DNA from: Methanofollis formosanus | GTDB lineage: Archaea; Halobacteriota; Methanomicrobia; Methanomicrobiales; Methanofollaceae | NCBI RefSeq assembly: GCF_019633745.1 | Contig: NZ_CP037968.1 | Location: 912,789 to 936,788, forward strand | Reading direction: 5' to 3' | DNA: 24,000 bases | Shown: positions 1 through 7,389 of the stretch, piece after piece | How positions within the stretch are numbered: the first letter of the stretch is position 1 | Layout of the letters: each line of letters starts with the position of its first letter | Translations under genes and position numbers: made by a program | The notes under the pieces: generated by a model | Database searches by the model: none | What the model saw: the letters and a program-made list of their open reading frames with translations, nothing else | Told to the model about the DNA's origin: nothing

Positions 1-1
1 G

Positions 2-1657
2 TTAACTGGCGGGTTTTACGCCGAAGTCGAACTCGAGTACGGTGCAGGCCCCGGTGAGAGTAGGAGCAGCAGGCCCTTCTCTATCGTCAATCTCCGACCT
101 ATCCAGCTTTCCAAGCGGAACGTCCTCAAGGATCTGGCTCGCGGACGGCAGGAGATGACCACTCACGAGTGGAAAGAATTCCTGATCCGGAGTGTCGGCC
201 TCGAACCAAAATCCCTTGACGAGCGCGCCCAGAATGTCCTCTTCCTCCGAATGGTCCCGTTCGTCGAGAAGAACTACAACTGCATTGAACTTGGTCCGCG
301 TGGCACGGGCAAATCCTACCTTTACCAGCAGATCAGTCCATACTCGCACCTCGTCTCTGGTGGCAAGGCAACGGTGGCCAAGATGTTCGTCAACAACGCC
401 TCAGGCCAGCGCGGTCTCGTCTGCCAGTATGACGTCGTTTGCTTCGACGAGGTTTCAGGGATCAGATTCGACCAGAAGGATGGTGTCAACATCATGAAGG
501 GCTACATGGAATCGGGTGAGTTCAGTCGTGGCCGTGAGAGTATCCGCGCCGAGGGCGGCATTATCTTGCTCGGCAACTTCGACGTCGATGTCGAGCATCA
601 GCAACGCATCGGCCATCTCTTTGGTCCGATGCCGCCGGAGATGCGGGACGACACGGCTTTCATGGATCGGATTCACAGTTACATCCCAGGGTGGGACTAC
701 CCAAAGATCCACCCATCCATGATGACCGAGCACTATGGGCTCGTCAGCGACTTCCTAAGTGAGTCCTGGCGGCAACTCCGCAGCAGCACTCGACTCCACC
801 TCATCTCTGACCAGCTCCTCCTTGGCGACGCCCTATCTGGCCGTGACCGTCGGGCAGTCATGAAGACAATCGACGGCCTCCTCAAACTCCTCTACCCCTC
901 GGCCGAGACAGAGATCCCCGACAAGGATCTCGAATGGGCCACCCGCCTCGGGCTCGAGTGTCGGCGCCGGGTGAAGGAGCAGCAGAAGCGGATCGGTTCA
1001 GCGGAGTTTCGCAACACGATGTTCAGTTACCGGCTCGGCCATGGAGGCATTGAGCAGTACGTTGCCACTCCTGAATTGCACAAGGAGAACACGATCAGCC
1101 CTGACCCCCTCCCGTCCGGCCAATGCTGGGCTGTCGGTCCTGACGAGGAAGGAGGCGGCAGCGGCCTCTACAAGATCGAAGTAACGGTAACCCCCGGTTC
1201 GAGTATCCGGCTGATCAACGTCAAGGCGCCGGCAGGCCTTCGCGAGAGTCTCCGAACGGCGGAGCAGGTGCTCTATACTCAGTATCGGCATCTCGTTGGC
1301 GACCATGACCCGACCAACGTCGAGTACTCTGTCCAGGTCCGTTCGATGACGCCTGCCGGTGGCGGGGTTTCACTTTCGGTCCCAATTCTCCTAACACTGG
1401 TCTCGGCGACGCTCAACAAGAGCCTCAAAGGGGGCATGGTGATCGGCGGCGGGATGAGCGTCGGCGGGACCATCGAACCAGTTTACCATTCTCTCGACAT
1501 GGCCGAACTTGTGGTTGAGAAGGGGGCGACCATGCTCCTCCTCCCTGTCGCGAGCCGAAGGCAGATGAATGAGATGTCCGATGAACTCGCAACACGACTT
1601 ACCGTGGTTTACTACACTGATCCTCGTGATGCTCTGCTGAAGGCGATCGGAGAGTGA
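2..1657 (+). CDS. brxL: BREX system Lon-protease-like ATPase BrxL, 5'-truncated by the window edge (Met at 155 in the ORF track is internal)
   Basis: Frame 2 has no stop from nt 2 to 155. Walker A GPRGTGKS, Walker B VVCFDEV, and a C-terminal Lon-protease-like segment (GGGVSLSVPILLTLVSATL...GGMSVGGTIEPV). The overall sequence matches my recollection of BrxL, the last gene of type 1 BREX operons. Confidence 0.85.
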   Translation, partial: LTGGFYAEVELEYGAGPGESRSSRPFSIVNLRPIQLSKRNVLKDLARGRQEMTTHEWKEFLIRSVGLEPKSLDERAQNVLFLRMVPFVEKNYNCIELGPRGTGKSYLYQQISPYSHLVSGGKATVAKMFVNNASGQRGLVCQYDVVCFDEVSGIRFDQKDGVNIMKGYMESGEFSRGRESIRAEGGIILLGNFDVDVEHQQRIGHLFGPMPPEMRDDTAFMDRIHSYIPGWDYPKIHPSMMTEHYGLVSDFLSESWRQLRSSTRLHLISDQLLLGDALSGRDRRAVMKTIDGLLKLLYPSAETEIPDKDLEWATRLGLECRRRVKEQQKRIGSAEFRNTMFSYRLGHGGIEQYVATPELHKENTISPDPLPSGQCWAVGPDEEGGGSGLYKIEVTVTPGSSIRLINVKAPAGLRESLRTAEQVLYTQYRHLVGDHDPTNVEYSVQVRSMTPAGGGVSLSVPILLTLVSATLNKSLKGGMVIGGGMSVGGTIEPVYHSLDMAELVVEKGATMLLLPVASRRQMNEMSDELATRLTVVYYTDPRDALLKAIGE

Positions 1658-1941
1658 TCAGATGCCATGTGTGGATGTTCACCAACAGCATCCTTCTCTC
1701 TACAGGAAAAGTCACCATTAAGAAGGGGAGATGTCCATCTTTGTTGATCTGATGTCCCCCCCACGATGTCGATCGGCCCTACCAAGAATTCTTTACTATT
1801 CTCTCTCCCGTCATTAATCCTGTCATGGTCTCACTGCTAAAGGTTCGAACATCGTCGATGGAATAGTTCAGGGATGGAAACTCCGTTGACCTGGCTCGTC
1901 ATCGCCGTCAAGAAAATTATACAACCCTCTAAAATAACCTC

Positions 1942-2181
1942 TCAAGCACTTTTCTCCCCCGCATTCACCATCCCCACCCCCGCCGTCACCGCATAAAACG
2001 TAAACATCACTGTCACGTACACATTCCCGCTCCAGAACCCGTACGCCACCCACAACATATTCCCGCACACCCACACGCCAAACCCCGCCGTCCGCACCCT
2101 CGCACTCCGACACGCGACCAGCACCGCGCCCGCCATCCCGAGCACCACCGCCGGCGCGAGGAGAGGATCAAAAGGGATCAT
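1942..2181 (-). CDS. small integral membrane protein (79 aa, about 3 TM), unknown function; last gene of the mobile-element operon
   Basis: The ATG at 2181 overlaps the primase-helicase stop (ATGA, 2178-2181) and is preceded by GGGGAAGGGGAT. The translation MIPFDPLLAPAVVLGMAGAVLV...WVAYGFWSGNVYVTVMFTFYAV is hydrophobic. The upstream part of track ORF 1942..2229 is discounted. Confidence 0.6.
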   Translation of the reverse strand: MIPFDPLLAPAVVLGMAGAVLVACRSARVRTAGFGVWVCGNMLWVAYGFWSGNVYVTVMFTFYAVTAGVGMVNAGEKSA

Positions 2182-4991
2182 GAGATCCCCTTCCCCATAT
2201 TCCACTCCCGCACCAGCCGGGCAAAACACCCCTCGCAGAGCACCACCTGCCCATCACCCGACCGGTGCACCGCCTTCCCCTCGGCGCACACATCGCACCG
2301 GCCCAGGTCGGTGCTCACCCGCGTGAACTCCCGGTGGTCCAGGACACCCGGCAACGTCTCTTGCAACAAACCCTTCCGTTTTACAGCCGTTTGCAGCAGT
2401 TTGCGGAAGGCGCCGTCACTCAACGAGCAACACGGCGCGGCCCGATCCTTTTTTTCTCTGCTAGACGTCGAGATCACCGGATCAGTTGCAACATTTCGGG
2501 TTTCGCACACACACCCACCCACAGACCCATGAGGATCCCGGCCACCGGGTGGGTGTGGGTTTTGCTGGAAACGAGTACTAAGAGAGAGACGCGTCTCTCT
2601 ATCTGTACTAGTACTGTCAGTTACAACGTCGTCCTGCGCCGCTTGATCTTCGCGGCCGCTGCTGTAATCCTGCTGGAAACCTGCTGCAATGTTGCAAGAG
2701 TCGGCGGGGCCGGGACCATCGTCCCGGTCCCGGTCCTCACCGCCGTCTCTGCGGTCGTCGATCCACACCCCGGCCCCGCGGGCCCACTGCCGGTAGACCA
2801 TCAGGTCGAAGGAGAAGAGGTGCTCACGCCGGCGGATCGCACACCCCTCCGCGTCCTCCGTGACCGTCGTGTCGAAGTAACTGATCGCCGGACACTTCTC
2901 CAGGAGGCCGGAGTAGGTCGAGCCGCGGCTCGCATAGCCGTGGAGGATGCGGTAGACCTGGTGGTAGGAAAGCCCGAGGGCGTCCTGGAGCATCTTGATC
3001 GTGAACTGGTCCCAGCCCATCGCCGCCACCGTCTCCAGGGCAGCGGCCTCATTTTTTGTTAGTTTGGTCTCCTGCCCGCCAGAGTCGCCGTTGATCGCCG
3101 TATAGATCCTGGCGGCGATGGCGAAGTCCTCGCGGTTTGCCCGGATGCCGCCGTCGTAGCGCTCGCGCTGGAACCGGTGGAGCAGCGCCGAGGCCTTGAT
3201 GAGGTCGAAGAGCATGCCCGGGTTGCGGCGGTTGGCCGTCACCGAGAACTGCACCCGTTCGGCGTACGGGATGGAGACGTGGAGACGCTCCTCCTTGAGC
3301 ACCTCCCACATCGCCCGGCAGACCGGGAGGCCGGGGTCCTCGGCGTCGCCCTCCGCCGCCTCGCGGGCCTCGGCATGTTTCATGTGCTCGAGCACCCGTT
3401 CGTCCTGCTCGAGCGAGTCGTCGATCCAGACCGTGAGCATCCGGTTCATCACCTGGTCGTCGCCTGGGTCCTCGACGCGGGCGAGCCACCAGACGCACCG
3501 CTCCGGGAGGCGGCAGACCTGGATCTTGCGGTCCGGCGAGACGGTGTGGTGCTCGATCCGCTCCCTGAAGTTTGCCGTCGCGGCCTTGAGGACCTCCTGG
3601 AGATCGTCGGAGAGGGAGACGTCGTCGAAGAGGAAGACCGTGCCCGGGCGGAGGTTGTCGTGGTAGTAAAGCGCTTTGTTGCTCACGGTGCCGGCGAGAC
3701 GGTACGCCGCCGGGACCTGCTTGAGCATCGTGGTGCAGGCATGGCTCTTGCCCTTGCCCGAGTTGCCCGACACGGAGACGTGCAGGCCGGTGGTGTTCTC
3801 CACCGACTGCGAGGCGAGGGACATCACCAGGCACTCGGCGACGATGCGGTCGCCGACGTGCTCGCGGCCGAAGGTGTCGAGGAGGAAGGCGAGCGGGTCG
3901 CCCTCGGTGAGGATCTCCATCGCCTCCTCCCGGTCGGCCGGGTCGGGTGCCGGCGGGACGGGTGGGGGTGGTGGCGGCACCTCCTCCCGTTTTCTCCGGG
4001 CACGCTTCTCCCGCGGCTCATAGCGGTCCCGCAACTCAGGCCACCGCTGCACCCCGCCGCCGCAGCTCGCATGGTGGCACCCGGCATAGATCGCACCGGA
4101 GGGGAACTGGACGGCGAAGGCGCCGTCGTGGTGCGCACCGCTGAACGGGCAGTCCTCCAGGGCGTAGAGCGTCCCGCCCTGCCAGGGCCGGGTGTTCCGG
4201 ACGCCGAGGCCGTGGTCCCTGAGCCAGGCGCCAAGTTCGAGGGGCGTGCCGTTCTTCGGTGCGGGTGGCGGTGCCTCGATGGGGAGGCGGCCGGCGACCT
4301 TCTGGAGCACCTCGATGGTGATGATGTTCGTCTTCTCAGGCACCGAGAGGATCTTCGCCCGCCGGTGCGGGCGGGCGGGGGTGTGGTCGCCCTTGCGCGA
4401 GGTGGTCCCATACAGTTTCCAGATGCGGGCGGCGTTGAAGTTCGCCGTGTCGACGGTCACCGCGTCGTCGGAGAAGAGGGCGTCGAGGGTGACGAGCACC
4501 CGCTTCACCAGGGCGGCGGCCGCCTCGTCGTTCGCAAGGTCGATGCGGTAGAGCAGATGGGCGCCATTGCCCGAGTCGGCCATGATCGGATCAGAAAAGC
4601 CCTGCTCCGCGAGCCAGCGGGCGATCGTCTCGGCCCGCTGCAGCGCCGCCGCATGCTCCTCGTCGGTGGACGACACCCCGCTCGGCCGCACCGGGTCGAG
4701 GTCGATGGGAAGCCACCGGCGCCTGAGGATGTCGGCGTCGGCGGTGGTGGGGTCGCTTCGCGTCAACCGCATCTTCACGCGGTTTGCCCGCCTCGCGAGC
4801 AGCGCCGGGTCCACGACGTTGAGGGTGACGTACGTCCCCTTCACCTCAGGGTCGGCGTCGAGCGCCTCGGCGGCGTTTGCCAACTTCGCAAAATCGTCGA
4901 AGTAGCCTGAGTGGGTGAAGCGGTCGGCGAGTGCCCGCACCTCCACCACACCGCCCGCCGGGAAGAGGGCGGCAAGGGCCGCAGCGATCAT
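2178..4991 (-). CDS. replication protein: archaeo-eukaryotic primase (prim-pol-like) domain + zinc-binding region + P-loop NTPase/helicase + wHTH + C-terminal zinc ribbon (937 aa)
   Basis: Start ATG 4991 follows GGAGGGGTG and overlaps the stop of the upstream ORF (ATGA). AEP-like motifs: LPIDLD (DxD), SGNGAHLLY (sGxGxH), NAARIWKLYGT. Cys/His cluster CPFSGAHHDG...GCHHASC. Walker A GNSGKGKS and Walker B VFLFDDVS. C-terminal CDVC...CEGC. The Arg/Pro-rich 119 aa upstream in the track ORF (to 5348) is rejected. Confidence 0.8.
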   Translation of the reverse strand: MIAAALAALFPAGGVVEVRALADRFTHSGYFDDFAKLANAAEALDADPEVKGTYVTLNVVDPALLARRANRVKMRLTRSDPTTADADILRRRWLPIDLDPVRPSGVSSTDEEHAAALQRAETIARWLAEQGFSDPIMADSGNGAHLLYRIDLANDEAAAALVKRVLVTLDALFSDDAVTVDTANFNAARIWKLYGTTSRKGDHTPARPHRRAKILSVPEKTNIITIEVLQKVAGRLPIEAPPPAPKNGTPLELGAWLRDHGLGVRNTRPWQGGTLYALEDCPFSGAHHDGAFAVQFPSGAIYAGCHHASCGGGVQRWPELRDRYEPREKRARRKREEVPPPPPPVPPAPDPADREEAMEILTEGDPLAFLLDTFGREHVGDRIVAECLVMSLASQSVENTTGLHVSVSGNSGKGKSHACTTMLKQVPAAYRLAGTVSNKALYYHDNLRPGTVFLFDDVSLSDDLQEVLKAATANFRERIEHHTVSPDRKIQVCRLPERCVWWLARVEDPGDDQVMNRMLTVWIDDSLEQDERVLEHMKHAEAREAAEGDAEDPGLPVCRAMWEVLKEERLHVSIPYAERVQFSVTANRRNPGMLFDLIKASALLHRFQRERYDGGIRANREDFAIAARIYTAINGDSGGQETKLTKNEAAALETVAAMGWDQFTIKMLQDALGLSYHQVYRILHGYASRGSTYSGLLEKCPAISYFDTTVTEDAEGCAIRRREHLFSFDLMVYRQWARGAGVWIDDRRDGGEDRDRDDGPGPADSCNIAAGFQQDYSSGREDQAAQDDVVTDSTSTDRETRLSLSTRFQQNPHPPGGRDPHGSVGGCVCETRNVATDPVISTSSREKKDRAAPCCSLSDGAFRKLLQTAVKRKGLLQETLPGVLDHREFTRVSTDLGRCDVCAEGKAVHRSGDGQVVLCEGCFARLVREWNMGKGIS
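2440..2700. repeat. cluster of inverted and tandem repeats inside the 3' third of the primase-helicase ORF (candidate replication origin or hidden intergenic/regulatory region)
   Basis: Perfect 11-bp inverted repeat: 2510-2520 CACACCCACCC and 2547-2557 GGGTGGGTGTG. Perfect 18-bp palindrome 2583-2600 AGAGAGACGCGTCTCTCT, nested in arms AGTACTA 2574-2580 and TAGTACT 2609-2615. Three head-to-tail 11-bp repeats CTGCTGTAATC/CTGCTGGAAAC/CTGCTGCAATG at 2659-2691. An extra exact TGCTGGAAAC at 2563-2572. T7 run at 2449-2455. Confidence 0.6.
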
Positions 4992-5338
4992 GGGCACCCC
5001 TCCGGGATAAGCGGAAACAGCGGCGCCGAGGCCGCTTCGCCCCGCACCACCCGCTGCACACTCACCAGCGGCACGATGAAGTGGCCGGCGACGGTGAAGA
5101 CCTTCACCGACCGTTCGAAGACGTTCATCGCCGCGTGGCCCACGATCGCCGTCTCGGTGACCACCGACCCGTCCTCCATCTCCTCGGCGACGAGCCCCGT
5201 CACCGGGACCACATGGCCGTGGAAGAGGAGGGGTTTGAGGTCGTCGGCACCGACGCGGTAATGCTCGTCGCCGACGAGGAGGTGCAGGCCGCCGCGGGAC
5301 CCGAGGCGCAGCGTGCCGTTGACGGCCGCCTCGCTCAT
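4988..5338 (-). CDS. hypothetical protein (116 aa), mobile-element operon
   Basis: ATG 5338 is preceded by GGGGTGAGG. It overlaps both the upstream ORF stop and the downstream primase start by ATGA. I recognise no family (MSEAAVNGTLRLGSRGGLHLLVGDEHYRVGADD...). Confidence 0.6.
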   Translation of the reverse strand: MSEAAVNGTLRLGSRGGLHLLVGDEHYRVGADDLKPLLFHGHVVPVTGLVAEEMEDGSVVTETAIVGHAAMNVFERSVKVFTVAGHFIVPLVSVQRVVRGEAASAPLFPLIPEGCP

Positions 5339-5589
5339 AGGTCCTCACCCCGCACGATCAGCGTGATCTGATAGACGTGCCCGCGGGTCCGGTGGACGTA
5401 CATCTCAGAAATGGCGTCGCCGTACTGCTGCATCTCCCGGATGAGTGCCTGGGGGATGAGGTAGAACGGCACCGGATCGACAGATATTACATCTTCGCAC
5501 GACGACGGGGATGTGGCAGACCTCCGTGAACTCGTGTTGGAGCATGGTTCTACATGGGGGCTGCCATTTATCGGGCCGTCGCCTGACAT
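5335..5589 (-). CDS. hypothetical protein (84 aa), mobile-element operon
   Basis: ATG 5589 is preceded by GAGGT 6 nt upstream. The stop overlaps the next ORF start (ATGA at 5335-5338). The N-terminal half is Ser/Pro-rich, so the true start is uncertain. Confidence 0.5.
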   Translation of the reverse strand: MSGDGPINGSPHVEPCSNTSSRRSATSPSSCEDVISVDPVPFYLIPQALIREMQQYGDAISEMYVHRTRGHVYQITLIVRGEDL

Positions 5590-5711
5590 TTCTGTACCTC
5601 GTTGTGGGGGGTTTTTAATCTGGCTTTACCGTCCTGGATCCACTTTTCCCAGACCATCTTCGCGATCGGGTCGGGCATGTGGTCGAGGACTTCCTGAGAG
5701 ATTTCTCTCAT
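5568..5711 (-). CDS. small hypothetical protein (47 aa, MREISQEVLDHMPDPIAKMVWEKWIQDGKARLKTPHNEVQKCQATAR), first ORF of the mobile-element operon; not in the ORF track (too short)
   Basis: Hand translation. ATG at 5709-5711 is preceded by AGGAGGAA 9 nt upstream. It overlaps the start of the 84-aa ORF by 22 nt. Confidence 0.4.
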   Translation of the reverse strand: MREISQEVLDHMPDPIAKMVWEKWIQDGKARLKTPHNEVQKCQATAR

Positions 5712-5798
5712 AGTCTGGTTTCCTCCTGTGCGGCCCGCTTTGTGTCAGAACAGGTCGGGGGGACCGGCGGCACCGCACTAAGGAGAAGGTGGACGAGG

Positions 5799-5812
5799 GG
5801 ATATAAAAAGAA
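5799..5812 (-). promoter_or_regulatory. candidate archaeal TATA box (minus strand CTTTTTATAT) for the replication-module operon
   Basis: The only AT-rich box between the integrase terminator and the 47-aa ORF, about 90 nt upstream of ATG 5711. Confidence 0.3.
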
Positions 5813-5883
5813 GAGGTGATTGCTCCGAAAGTCGGGAAGTCGGGGTTTATAGGACACGGTTACGTATCGCCCGGGGCGATCTC

Positions 5884-5890
5884 AAAAAAA
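5884..5890 (-). terminator. oligo-T (T7 on minus strand) terminator after the integrase gene
   Basis: A7 run on the plus strand, 12 nt beyond the integrase stop (5902-5904). Archaeal termination uses oligo-T tracts. Confidence 0.5.
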
Positions 5891-5901
5891 GAGGGTGGGG
5901 T

Positions 5902-7122
5902 TCACCCCTGCCGGTCCAGGTCGCTGCGCAGTTGTTTGAGGAGGAGGTCGTACTCCTGGGAACCTTTGGCGATGGTGATGCACTCGTCCATGCTCTCGGT
6001 CGCCTCCTCGGTGAGCGTCCGGCCGCAAAGACTGCAGAAGTTTGAAGACGGACCGTTGACGGCCTGACAGTGTGGGCACTGTCGGGGTTCGAGCCGCGGC
6101 CGCCGGTGTCTCCCGTTGCCGTCTCCCTGGGCGATGCCGTAGGTCCGGAGGATCTCCTGGTCGATGTCGTGCCCGGTGAGATGGGCGTAGGTTTTGAACA
6201 TCGGAGTGGTGATGTCACCCCACATCATCAGTTTGATCACGCTTTCCGAGACTCCTTCGGTGATCATGTGGGTGATCCTGGAGTGGCGAAAGATGTGCGG
6301 CGTGATATGCCGGGTGATCCCGGCCCGTTTGGCGATGCGGGTGAGTTGTTTCTGGACAGTGGCGTGCGTGAGTGGACGGTTGCGCTGGTTCAGGAAGACG
6401 AGGGCCTCGCCGACAGGTTTGAACGGGTAGTCGGCACGCCACGCGGCGAGGTGCTCGCGGGCCATGACGAGCCTGATGTACCGGGGTTTGTTGGTCTTGA
6501 ACTTGACGTTGACCACCGCGCCATACTCGTCCATGAGAACGTCCTTCCAGGCGAGGGTGGCGATCTCGCCGATCCGGAACCCGCCTTCATAGAGCATCAT
6601 GATGAGGGCGCGGTCCCGGCTCCAGAAGCAGGCATCCATGATGGCCGTCACCTCGGCGGGCGTGAGGAGGTCGGCGGCCTCTTTGGTCATGGTGTCTTTG
6701 GCCGGGTTTTTGATGCGCTGGATCTTTCTGTGAGGAAGGTCGGTGTAGCCGTTCTCGATCATCCAGGTGTAGAGTTGCTTGAGGATGATGACGTGGTCGG
6801 CGACGGTGTTTTGCTTGAAGGGTTTGCCGCGGGCGCTGTTGGCGGTTTTGAGAAGAGTGATGCCCTGGTAGATGTCGGCCATGCGGTTCTCGAGGTACGG
6901 GCCGATGAAGCGTCGCCACCCGACGAGGGTGTAGACGAGTTTGTTGGTTCTGGCTGCACTGATGTTGTTGCAGGACTGGCATTCTGCAACGAACTCGCGG
7001 ATCAGGTCGGCGTCGCACGGGGTGAGGGTGCCGTTTGCAAGCCCTTTGGCGACGGAACGGTCCGCATACTCGCTCTTGATGCAATGAAAAGAGCTATCAG
7101 ATCGTGTTGGAGCAGATCTCAT
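5902..7122 (-). CDS. int: tyrosine recombinase / phage-type integrase with C-terminal zinc ribbon (406 aa from ATG 7122; alternative ATG 7188 lies inside the tRNA)
   Basis: Catalytic-domain motifs RIGEI (Arg), HIFRHSRITHM (HxxR) and KTYAHL (Tyr). C-terminal CPHC...CSLC. Located directly 3' of a tRNA gene, co-oriented with it. Confidence 0.85.
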   Translation of the reverse strand: MRSAPTRSDSSFHCIKSEYADRSVAKGLANGTLTPCDADLIREFVAECQSCNNISAARTNKLVYTLVGWRRFIGPYLENRMADIYQGITLLKTANSARGKPFKQNTVADHVIILKQLYTWMIENGYTDLPHRKIQRIKNPAKDTMTKEAADLLTPAEVTAIMDACFWSRDRALIMMLYEGGFRIGEIATLAWKDVLMDEYGAVVNVKFKTNKPRYIRLVMAREHLAAWRADYPFKPVGEALVFLNQRNRPLTHATVQKQLTRIAKRAGITRHITPHIFRHSRITHMITEGVSESVIKLMMWGDITTPMFKTYAHLTGHDIDQEILRTYGIAQGDGNGRHRRPRLEPRQCPHCQAVNGPSSNFCSLCGRTLTEEATESMDECITIAKGSQEYDLLLKQLRSDLDRQG

Positions 7123-7179
7123 ACATATGCCTTCGGTCAAGACGGGAAAAGCGTTAGGGATTTGGACCGAAAGTCGGAA

Positions 7180-7252
7180 TGCTGCCATGGGGATTCGAAC
7201 CCCAGTCGTCGGCGTGAAAGGCCGACATGATTGGCCACTACACTATGGCAGC
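7180..7252 (-). tRNA. tRNA-Glu (anticodon UUC), no encoded CCA
   Basis: Minus-strand sequence GCTGCCATAGTGTAGTGGCCAATCATGTCGGCCTTTCACGCCGACGACTGGGGTTCGAATCCCCATGGCAGCA. Acceptor stem GCTGCCA/TGGCAGC, anticodon stem TCGGC/GCCGA with loop CTTTCAC, T arm TGGGG-TTCGAAT-CCCCA, discriminator A. Confidence 0.9.
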
Positions 7253-7266
7253 AGAAGTGCCATACT

Positions 7267-7278
7267 CTATATGCAAAT
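7267..7278 (-). promoter_or_regulatory. candidate TATA box for tRNA-Glu (minus strand TTTGCATATAG)
   Basis: AT-rich box about 20-25 nt upstream of the tRNA 5' end. Confidence 0.3.
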
Positions 7279-7389
7279 TCTGGTACTTAAATTTTCGGTA
7301 CGCCGGCGGCCGCCAGCGCCCTCTCCCCACAACCTTCAAATAATCGGATGGCCACAGACGCATGCACACAAGAGGGGGGAGCAAAAGAA

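Noticed and set aside
1833-1860. Weak similarity to the tRNA-Glu 3' half (…CTGC…GGTTCGAAC.A.TCGTCG…) in the brxL/membrane-gene spacer, as a possible decayed att site marking the element's left end
   Set aside because: Only about two thirds identity, with several gaps, in a by-eye alignment. The TTCGAAC and TCGTCG cores are short and common. This is insufficient to call a boundary without a computed alignment or comparison with an empty site.
3177-4910. 577-aa plus-strand ORF, plus several other 60-260-aa ORFs, overlapping the primase-helicase gene
   Set aside because: They are antisense or off-frame to a gene with clear AEP and P-loop motifs. They have low-complexity composition and no SD or start context.
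4992-5348. 119-aa N-terminal extension of the primase ORF in the track (MRTYERGGRQRH…)
   Set aside because: It is an Arg/Pro-rich stretch fully overlapping the better-supported 116-aa ORF in another frame. The internal ATG 4991 has a strong SD and an ATGA overlap.
6070-7230. 386-aa plus-strand ORF opposite the integrase
   Set aside because: It is antisense to a gene with the full R…HxxR…Y recombinase signature, and it runs through the tRNA.
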